Source of the DNA: an uncultured Alphaproteobacteria bacterium
GTDB lineage: Bacteria > Pseudomonadota > Alphaproteobacteria > Puniceispirillales > Puniceispirillaceae
Direction: 5' to 3'
Assembly: GCA_913031555.1 (NCBI GenBank)
Contig: CAJWDO010000001.1
Coordinates: 1-36,012, forward strand
Length of the DNA: 36,012 nucleotides
Shown here: positions 29,325 to 36,012 of the stretch, piece after piece
Layout: each line of letters begins with the position of its first letter
Numbering within the stretch: position 1 is the first letter of the stretch
Translations under genes and position numbers: made by a program
Notes under the pieces: model-generated
Database searches by the model: none
The model's input: only the letters and a program-made list of their open reading frames with translations
What the model was told of the DNA's origin: nothing

Positions 29325-29942
29325 ATGAGACGCCCCTCCAGACCAGAGGTCAAGATCCCCGGCAATGCCGAGACCGACCAGCAGACCGACCGGCAGACCG
29401 ACCAGCAAGCCGCAGGGTCGATGCGGCTGTGCGAGGCTGAGGGATGTATGGCCGAGGCGCATTATCCTGCGCCAAAGTCGCGCGACGCGCTGCGCGATTA
29501 TATATGGTTCTGCCTTGAGCATGTCCGTGCCTACAATAAATCATGGAACTATTATGAAGGGTTGCAGGGCGCTGCGCTGGAAGCGGAAATCCGGCGCGCC
29601 ACGACCTGGGAGCGGCCAAGCTGGAAGTTTGCCACCGGCAAGCCCGCCGAAGAGATGTTCGACGATCCGATGGGGCTGTTCGATTTCGAGAATCGCGGCG
29701 CCGCCACGCCAGGCGGACGACAGATCAGCCCGGAAGAAAGGCGCGCCTGGAAAACCCTGCGGATGGAGCCTGTGGGTGATCTCGCCCAAGTGAAGGCACA
29801 ATACAAGCAACTGGCAAAAGAACATCATCCCGACATTAATGGGGGTGACGCCGGGGCCGAGGAACGTCTAAAAGATATCAATCTCGCATATGATTTGATC
29901 CGCAAATCATTGCAAAGCGCCGCTGAACAAACCATTTCCTGA
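29325..29942 (+). CDS. J domain-containing protein (C-terminal DnaJ domain)
   Basis: C...C...APKSR...WFCLEHVRAYNKSWNY N-domain and HPD motif; start uncertain (29310-29325). Confidence 0.9.
   Translation: MRRPSRPEVKIPGNAETDQQTDRQTDQQAAGSMRLCEAEGCMAEAHYPAPKSRDALRDYIWFCLEHVRAYNKSWNYYEGLQGAALEAEIRRATTWERPSWKFATGKPAEEMFDDPMGLFDFENRGAATPGGRQISPEERRAWKTLRMEPVGDLAQVKAQYKQLAKEHHPDINGGDAGAEERLKDINLAYDLIRKSLQSAAEQTIS
29371..29406. repeat. 12-bp in-frame tandem repeat x3
   Basis: agaccgaccagc / agaccgaccggc / agaccgaccagc; encodes TDQQTDRQTDQQ. Confidence 0.88.
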
Positions 29943-29986
29943 CCTAGACGCCACGCTGGAGGCGTGTTTTCGGAGACCAGACTGCT

Positions 29987-30994
29987 ATGCCCAATGACCA
30001 GACAATGACCAGAATGAGCGCCCATACGCTGGCCGCGCCGGACACGGAAATAGATGTTCGCAGCGCGTTCGGGCTGGATGTTGACATGAAGGTGCCTGCC
30101 TTTTCCGAAGGTTCGGAATATGTACCGGCGCGCGACGAGGCATATCAGTTCGACCATGACACCACACTGGCCATTCTTGCCGGCTTTGCGCATAACCGGC
30201 GGGTGATGATCCAGGGCTATCATGGCACCGGCAAATCAACACATATCGAACAGGTTGCGGCGCGACTGAACTGGCCCTGCATCCGGGTCAATCTCGACAG
30301 CCATATCAGCCGGATCGACCTGATCGGCAAGGATGCCATCGTGCTTCGCGATGGCAAGCAGGTGACCGAATTCCGCGAGGGAATCCTTCCCTGGGCATTG
30401 CAGAATCAGGTGGCGATCGTCTTTGATGAATATGATGCCGGCCGCGCCGATGTGATGTTCGTGATCCAGCGTGTTCTGGAAGTCGATGGCAAGCTGACAC
30501 TTCTTGACACCAACCGGGTGATCCATCCAAATCTCAGCTTCCGCCTTTTCGCCACCGCCAACACGGTCGGGCTTGGCGACACCACGGGCCTCTATCACGG
30601 CACGCAGCAGATCAACCAGGGCCAGATGGACCGCTGGTCGATCGTCACGACGCTGAATTATCTGCCACATGATGACGAGGTCAATATCGTTGCGGCGAAG
30701 CTGACATCCTATGACAATGCTGAGGGGCGCGAGACACTGGCCAATATGGTGCGGATGGCGGACCTGACACGAAGCGGCTTCATGTCGGGTGACCTGTCGA
30801 CGGTGATGTCGCCGCGTACTGTCATCACCTGGGCCGAGAACACGTTGATTTTCAATGATATGACATTGGCCTTCCGGATGAGTTTCCTGAACAAATGCGA
30901 CGAGGTCGAACGCCCTACCGTGGCCGAATATTACCAGCGCTGCTTTGGCATCGACCTGCCGGAAGCGCCGGTCCGCCAGGCAACCGCCGGCTAG
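29987..30994 (+). CDS. cobS: aerobic cobaltochelatase AAA+ subunit CobS
   Basis: [29 protein letters not shown] and TANTVGLGD. Start may be 30005 or 30014. The symbol follows alphaproteobacterial usage, not the enteric cobalamin synthase. Confidence 0.96.
   Translation: MPNDQTMTRMSAHTLAAPDTEIDVRSAFGLDVDMKVPAFSEGSEYVPARDEAYQFDHDTTLAILAGFAHNRRVMIQGYHGTGKSTHIEQVAARLNWPCIRVNLDSHISRIDLIGKDAIVLRDGKQVTEFREGILPWALQNQVAIVFDEYDAGRADVMFVIQRVLEVDGKLTLLDTNRVIHPNLSFRLFATANTVGLGDTTGLYHGTQQINQGQMDRWSIVTTLNYLPHDDEVNIVAAKLTSYDNAEGRETLANMVRMADLTRSGFMSGDLSTVMSPRTVITWAENTLIFNDMTLAFRMSFLNKCDEVERPTVAEYYQRCFGIDLPEAPVRQATAG
29992..30013 (+). repeat. exact 11-bp duplication at cobS start
   Basis: caatgaccaga x2. Confidence 0.8.
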
Positions 30995-31003
30995 GCACGC
31001 CCG

Positions 31004-32854
31004 ATGGCGAACGATGACGCGAATCAGCAATTCCTGAAATCGACAGCCGCCGCGATGCGCGCGGTGGCCGGCGGCGTTGACCATCAGGTCAGCTATGCCG
31101 GCACCGACACGCATGTTGGCAAGGCGGAAGTGCGGCTTCCGGCATTGCCGCCACGCGCCACCGGCCAGCAACGTGCCAGTCTTCGCGGCGCCGCCGACGG
31201 TGCGGCACTGTGGCTTGCCCACCATGATGATGCGACCCATCGCAAGCTGTGTCCCAGCCTTGATGGCGCGCGGGCGATTTTCGAATCCGCCGAACGGGCC
31301 CGTGTCGAGGCCATCGGCGCCCGCGACCTGAAAGGTGTTGGCGACAATCTGGAAGCGGCGCTGAACCAGCGCTATGAAAGCCGCCAGATCGAGGCACCTG
31401 GGCAAGCCGATGAGGCCGGCATTGCCGAAGTGGTGCGGCTGATGCTCCGCGAAAAACTGACCGGCGCGCCGCCACCACAAAACCTGTCGATGGTGATGGA
31501 TCTGTGGCGGCCCTGGGTCGAAAGCCGTGCCGGTGAGTTGTTTTCCGAACTAGATGACTCGCTGCAGGATCAAGCCCGTTTCGCCGAGATATCGCGCCGC
31601 CTGATCGGGGCGCTTGAAACCGATCTCGGTGACTCGGCATCCGATCAGGATGATTCCGACGAAGATGGCGATGATTCAGAAGACAATGGCGATCAGCAGA
31701 ATGAAGATGGCGGCGAGCAGTCCGCCGTTGGCGAGGACCAGTCCGAAGGCGAAGACGGCCAGAGCATGGAAGATGCCGGCGATGGTGGCGCCTCCGAGGA
31801 TGGCGACATGGTCGAGGCCGATGGTGCCGAGGACGGCATGTCTGACGGAGACTCGCCACATTCGGATATGCAGGGGAACAATCAGGACCGTGGCCCGAGC
31901 CGGGATGCCTACCGCGTCTTTGAAACCCGCTTTGACGAGATTATCGCCGCCGCCGATTTGTGCGACCCCGAAGAGCTGGACAGGCTGCGCATGATGCTTG
32001 ACCGGCATATGGAAAATGTCGCCTCGGTTGTCGGCAAGCTTGCCAACAGGTTGCAACGCAAGCTGATGGCGCACCAGAACCGGTCCTGGGACTTCGATCT
32101 TGAAGAGGGCATCCTTGATGCCGGCAAGCTTCACCGCGTGGTGACACAGCCGCTCAGCCCGCTATCCTACAAGATGGAGCAGGACACCAAATTCCGCGAC
32201 ACGGTGGTGACGCTGCTTCTCGACAATTCCGGATCCATGCGCGGTCGGCCAATCACCATCGCCGCGGTCACCGCCGACATCCTGGCGCGCACGCTTGAAC
32301 GTTGCGGTGTCAAGGTCGAGATCCTCGGCTTCACGACACGCGCCTGGAAGGGCGGCCAGTCACGCGAGCTCTGGCAGCAGGCCGGCAAACCGGCGGCGCC
32401 CGGGCGGCTGAATGATCTTCGTCATATCATCTACAAGGGTGCCGACGCCCCCTGGAGGCGGGCCCGCAAATCGCTTGGCCTGATGCTGCGCGAGGGTATT
32501 CTGAAAGAGAATATCGATGGTGAGGCGCTTCTCTGGGCGCATGAACGCCTGCTGGCGCGCAATGAGGACAGACGCATCCTTCTTGTCATCTCCGACGGTG
32601 CGCCGGTCGATGATTCGACCCTGTCGGTGAATAGCGGCAGTTATCTGGAAAAACATCTTCGCGAGGTCATTGGTTATATCGAAACGCGCTCGCCGGTGGA
32701 ACTTCTCGCCATCGGGATCGGCCATGACGTGACCCGTTATTATCACCGCGCGGTGACTATCACCGATGTCGACCAGCTTGGCGGAGCGGTTGTCGGCCAA
32801 CTGACCGATCTGTTCGATGAGGATGCCAACCAGCGCCAGCGCCGGGTCGCTTGA
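31004..32854 (+). CDS. cobT: aerobic cobaltochelatase vWA subunit CobT
   Basis: Acidic linker, [36 protein letters not shown] and [10 protein letters not shown]. Confidence 0.96.
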   Translation: MANDDANQQFLKSTAAAMRAVAGGVDHQVSYAGTDTHVGKAEVRLPALPPRATGQQRASLRGAADGAALWLAHHDDATHRKLCPSLDGARAIFESAERARVEAIGARDLKGVGDNLEAALNQRYESRQIEAPGQADEAGIAEVVRLMLREKLTGAPPPQNLSMVMDLWRPWVESRAGELFSELDDSLQDQARFAEISRRLIGALETDLGDSASDQDDSDEDGDDSEDNGDQQNEDGGEQSAVGEDQSEGEDGQSMEDAGDGGASEDGDMVEADGAEDGMSDGDSPHSDMQGNNQDRGPSRDAYRVFETRFDEIIAAADLCDPEELDRLRMMLDRHMENVASVVGKLANRLQRKLMAHQNRSWDFDLEEGILDAGKLHRVVTQPLSPLSYKMEQDTKFRDTVVTLLLDNSGSMRGRPITIAAVTADILARTLERCGVKVEILGFTTRAWKGGQSRELWQQAGKPAAPGRLNDLRHIIYKGADAPWRRARKSLGLMLREGILKENIDGEALLWAHERLLARNEDRRILLVISDGAPVDDSTLSVNSGSYLEKHLREVIGYIETRSPVELLAIGIGHDVTRYYHRAVTITDVDQLGGAVVGQLTDLFDEDANQRQRRVA

Positions 32855-32902
32855 CCCCGGATCGCACAAGCACCGGCTCAACCCACGAAACGCCTGCCGC
32901 AT

Positions 32903-32929
32903 AAAAAAAGCCCCGCCGGCAGACGGGGC
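32903..32929 (-). terminator. rho-independent terminator of rpmB
   Basis: Minus strand GCCCCGTC-TGCC-GGCGGGGC followed by T7. Confidence 0.88.
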
Positions 32930-32967
32930 CTTCAAAACTGTCTTGCTCAGACCAGCTGACGGGACCC

Positions 32968-33255
32968 TCAGCTGGCACCCTGGGCGGCCATGATCTCGCG
33001 CTTCAGTTGGCGCGCCTCATCGGCAAGCTCTGCGTTGCGGGCCTGCATCAGAAAAGCATCGAGACCACCATGCTTTTCGATGGTCCGCATGGCGCTTGTC
33101 GACAGCCGGAGGCTGACACGGCGGCCAAGAGCCTCGCTCTGCATCGTTGCCTGCTGCAGATTTGGAAGGAAACGCCGACGCGTTCTGTTGTTCGCGTGAC
33201 TGACATTGTTGCCTGACATCACGGTCTTGCCAGTGATCTGACAGCGCTTGGCCAT
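32968..33255 (-). CDS. rpmB: 50S ribosomal protein L28
   Basis: [10 protein letters not shown]...[19 protein letters not shown]; SD GGGAG. Confidence 0.97.
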   Translation of the reverse strand: MAKRCQITGKTVMSGNNVSHANNRTRRRFLPNLQQATMQSEALGRRVSLRLSTSAMRTIEKHGGLDAFLMQARNAELADEARQLKREIMAAQGAS

Positions 33256-33339
33256 ATTTCGGCTCCCATCTTTCGAAACATCCACCGCGTCCGGCGCGGC
33301 AAGGCGACCGTCAAGGCCTGCCATGAATTACGATGGGTG

Positions 33340-33368
33340 GGTATAGGCCACGACCCCGTTCAGGTCAA
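33340..33368 (-). promoter_or_regulatory. sigma70 promoter of rpmB
   Basis: Minus strand cTTGACC-N17-TATACC. Confidence 0.65.
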
Positions 33369-33423
33369 GACCGAATCACCGCCCTGCCTGTGCCAGATCG
33401 GGGCTGATAAAATCCATTCGGCA

Positions 33424-33438
33424 TTAACGGAATATTAG
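33424..33438 (+). promoter_or_regulatory. CtrA-like box upstream of RHH gene
   Basis: TTAA-cggaata-TTAG in an AT-rich intergenic patch. Confidence 0.4.
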
Positions 33439-33517
33439 TTCTTTAGGATTATCATGAATTACCCGAAAGGATCATATTCATCTCCAGCGGCCATCCATTT
33501 GTGTCGCCGGGAAGGTT

Positions 33518-33997
33518 GTGACCGCCCGGAGCAACTACACGGCAACAACACTTGATGCATGGATGCGAATGATGCACGGACCTGAAACCTTCCTGCCCAC
33601 CCCACGGCGCATGCCGCAGCCTAACCCTGCCTCCACCGGAAGGCGGCTGAAACGAAATGTCCGCATCGGCGACCGCCGCACGACAATCGTGCTGGAAGCA
33701 TATGTATGGGACAGTATCGACAGCATGCTGCTGCGCGAGGCTGTTTCTCTCGACGATTTCTGCAACCGTGTCGAGGATACACGCCGGCAATCAAGCATGG
33801 CGTCATCGGCACGGCTTGTCGTGCTGATCTATTTCCGCCTTCTCGGCCAGATCAACAGCCCACCTTTTGTTGATGACGATCTGGACCAACTGCAGCAGGA
33901 AGGCCGGCTTCGGGCGCCTGGCCCCGCCGACCCGCCGATTCCGCTATTACCGTTTGCGCTCAGGCGCTTTGCGCAAGACGAAGCGCATGTTGCATAG
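33518..33997 (+). CDS. ribbon-helix-helix domain protein (RHH_4-like)
   Basis: KRNVRIGDRRTTIVLEAYVWDSI...SMASSARLVVLIYF matches the RHH_4 pattern; GTG start after GGAAGG, start uncertain. Confidence 0.8.
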   Translation: MTARSNYTATTLDAWMRMMHGPETFLPTPRRMPQPNPASTGRRLKRNVRIGDRRTTIVLEAYVWDSIDSMLLREAVSLDDFCNRVEDTRRQSSMASSARLVVLIYFRLLGQINSPPFVDDDLDQLQQEGRLRAPGPADPPIPLLPFALRRFAQDEAHVA

Positions 33998-35087
33998 CCT
34001 TGTCCGCATCCGGGATCTGGCCACGGGCGTCGGCGATGTCGGCAACACCGTCTGATGCCAGCAGCGCCGCCAGCTCGCGGATGACCCGTGCCGGCAATTC
34101 CGGACCTTCCAGTGCCAGCGCGGTATAAAGCTGCACAAGGCTGGCTCCGACGAGGATCTTGGCATAGGCCTGCCAGCCACTGGCAACGCCGCCGGCCCCC
34201 ACCAGAACCGGTCCACCTGCCGGCAGCTGTCCGGCCATTTCGGCCAGCACGCGCGTTGCCATGGCGAACAGCGGTGCCCCTGACAGGCCGCCTGTCTCGT
34301 CGGCATGGTGGGAACGCAGCCCGTCTGGTCGCGCTATGGTGGTGTTTGTGGCAATCAGACCGGCAACCCCCTCATCCGCCGCCGTCGCGGCGATGGCCGC
34401 TATATCGGCCGAAGCCAGGTCGGGGGCAAGCTTGATGAAAAGCGGCCGCTCACAGTCGGCATCGGCAAGCCCGGCCCGGCCGGCGGCAATAAGCAGGCGC
34501 AGATTGTCGACTGTTTGCAGATCTCGAAGCCCAGGCGTGTTCGGCGAGGAAATATTCAGCGTGATGTAATCGCCATAGGCGGCAAGCCGCGCCACGGCAA
34601 TGCGGTAATCCTCGGTCGGCGCGCTGCTGGTCTTGTTGGCCCCGACATTGATACCGATTATGCCGGGCTGTGCTGATTCGGGCCGTGCTGATTCGGGCCG
34701 TGCTAAATTAGCCTGTCGTCGTGCCAACTGCGCCGCCACCATCTCCATGCCGCGGCTGTTGAAGCCATAGCGGTTGATGACGGCACCATCGGCGGGAAGT
34801 CTGAAAACCCGCGGGCGGGGATTGCCGGGTTGCGGCCGCGGGGTAATGGTGCCGAGCTCGACATGGCTGAAACCAAGTTGCAGGGCGCCATCGGGGCAGG
34901 ATGCATCCTTGTCGAACCCGGCAGCAAGACCCAGTGGATTGGCAAAATCGAGACCGGCGACACTGACCGGAAGAGATGGCAGGTCGGGAGTCGGACCAAT
35001 ATGATGGCGGAGTGTTGCCACCGCCGCGCGGTGCGCCGTCTCTGGCGGCAGCAGCCGCGCCATGCCGGCGGCGAGTCGCCAGATCAA
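33960..35087 (-). CDS. pyrD: quinone-dependent dihydroorotate dehydrogenase
   Basis: GLAAGFDK, GNPRPRVFRL, INRYGFNS, NISSPNTPGLR, KLAPDL and GGLSG; TTG start overlaps the lysS stop. Confidence 0.96.
   Translation of the reverse strand: MIWRLAAGMARLLPPETAHRAAVATLRHHIGPTPDLPSLPVSVAGLDFANPLGLAAGFDKDASCPDGALQLGFSHVELGTITPRPQPGNPRPRVFRLPADGAVINRYGFNSRGMEMVAAQLARRQANLARPESARPESAQPGIIGINVGANKTSSAPTEDYRIAVARLAAYGDYITLNISSPNTPGLRDLQTVDNLRLLIAAGRAGLADADCERPLFIKLAPDLASADIAAIAATAADEGVAGLIATNTTIARPDGLRSHHADETGGLSGAPLFAMATRVLAEMAGQLPAGGPVLVGAGGVASGWQAYAKILVGASLVQLYTALALEGPELPARVIRELAALLASDGVADIADARGQIPDADKAMQHALRLAQSA
34665..34709. repeat. 15-bp in-frame tandem repeat x3 in pyrD
   Basis: gggctgtgctgattc / gggccgtgctgattc / gggccgtgctaaatt; encodes NLARPESARPESAQP. 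Confidence 0.88.
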
Positions 35088-36012
35088 GCCGCATCCCCAT
35101 CATGTGCCTGAGCGGAGACCAGATCACGGGTCAGGTCGCCAGCAAGCGCACTGTTCATCAGCTCGATCGATTGCTCACGGCCATAAAGTGCGAAGAAGGA
35201 TCCCATGCGGGGGCCTTCGGACTGGCCGAGAAGCACCTCATAGAGACATTGGAACCAGGAACGCAGATTCTCATAACCGGCCGCCTTGCCGGTGGCATAG
35301 ACGGCGGACTGGATGGCTTCGGCGTCAGCATCGACAGGCAGCGCCGTGATGGCCTCGACAAGGGCCGCGATATGGCCTGCCTCCTCGTCGCCCGGCCGCC
35401 GATAGGTCTTATGCGGGCGCACCCGGTCCTGATAATAGGTGACGGCATAACCGATCATCCGGTCGAGTTCGGGATGCGTCTCGGCGCTGACACCCGGCGC
35501 ATAGTCACTGACATAGTTCCAGACCACTTCGGGGGTTTCGGCAAGACATACCGAGGCAAGATTCAGCAGCAGCGTATAGCTGACCGGCAGGCTGTCGGTC
35601 GGTGGCGCCCCGGCATGGATATGCCAGGCCGGATTTTCCAGCAATTCGGCCGACGCCTGTGATACCACCTTGCCGCGATGCTGATAATATTCATCAACCG
35701 TCTTTGGGATCACGTCGAAATGCATCCGCTTGGCACGCCGCGGCTGGGCGTACATGAACAGAGACAGCGATTCCGGACTGCCATAGCTGAGCCACTCCTC
35801 TATGCTGAGGCCATTGCCCTTCGATTTGGAAATCTTCTCACCACGCGAATCAAGGAACAGCTCATAAGAAATTCCGGATGGCGGCGTACCACCCATCGCG
35901 CGGGTGATCTTCGAAGATTGCCGCACCGAGTCGATGAGATCCTTGCCAGCCATTTCGTAATCAACGCCGAGCACGAACCATCGCATCGCCCAATCAGCTT
36001 TCCATTGCAGCT
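35084..36012 (-). CDS. lysS: class I lysine--tRNA ligase, C-terminal part (5' end outside window)
   Basis: LQWKADWAMRW...DYEMAGKDL, KISKSKGNG (KMSKS-like) and GPRMGSF; frame stays open to the window edge. Confidence 0.95.
   Translation of the reverse strand, partial: LQWKADWAMRWFVLGVDYEMAGKDLIDSVRQSSKITRAMGGTPPSGISYELFLDSRGEKISKSKGNGLSIEEWLSYGSPESLSLFMYAQPRRAKRMHFDVIPKTVDEYYQHRGKVVSQASAELLENPAWHIHAGAPPTDSLPVSYTLLLNLASVCLAETPEVVWNYVSDYAPGVSAETHPELDRMIGYAVTYYQDRVRPHKTYRRPGDEEAGHIAALVEAITALPVDADAEAIQSAVYATGKAAGYENLRSWFQCLYEVLLGQSEGPRMGSFFALYGREQSIELMNSALAGDLTRDLVSAQAHDGDAA

Noticed and set aside
30236-31480. 414-aa ORF on the - strand, and similar long ORFs at 627-1466, 8190-9188, 18316-19443, 19750-20610 and 20947-21774
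   Set aside because: They overlap well-supported genes in other frames or strands and show no domain signatures.
31620-31880. Asp/Glu/Gly-rich low-complexity tract in cobT
   Set aside because: This is the normal acidic linker of CobT.

Overview
A GC-rich alphaproteobacterial core-genome region. Gene content and order resemble marine Rhodospirillales/SAR116-type genomes; this placement is inference, not verified. The window opens with the 5' end, leader and promoter of a 16S rRNA gene on the minus strand. The genes that follow are: M23 peptidase and MOSC protein; lysC-rodZ-ispG-hisS-prfA-prmC-DUF4167 (-); ubiG; DUF1178 and secA (-); parvulin-argJ-mutT; a BioC/NDUFAF5-like methyltransferase; comF-grxC-nitrilase; a small membrane protein, a large exported protein, xerD and accA (-); aroK-aroB-corC-DUF2889; bolA; J-domain protein-cobS-cobT; rpmB; an RHH protein; pyrD; and a partial class I lysS. 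I see no mobile element, prophage, CRISPR array or defence system. The most notable signals are: (1) about 15 short, mostly degenerate tandem duplications of 11-18 bp, in-frame inside genes and often copying start, stop or SD sequences, one of which creates a chain of ATGA-coupled mini-ORFs; (2) an apparent ~8.5 kb inversion (secA to nitrilase) relative to the canonical order; (3) an unannotated 45-aa membrane protein heading an operon with a large exported protein and xerD; (4) three CtrA-like boxes; and (5) absence of ptsP and clpB from their usual positions. No clearly novel multi-gene system is evident.
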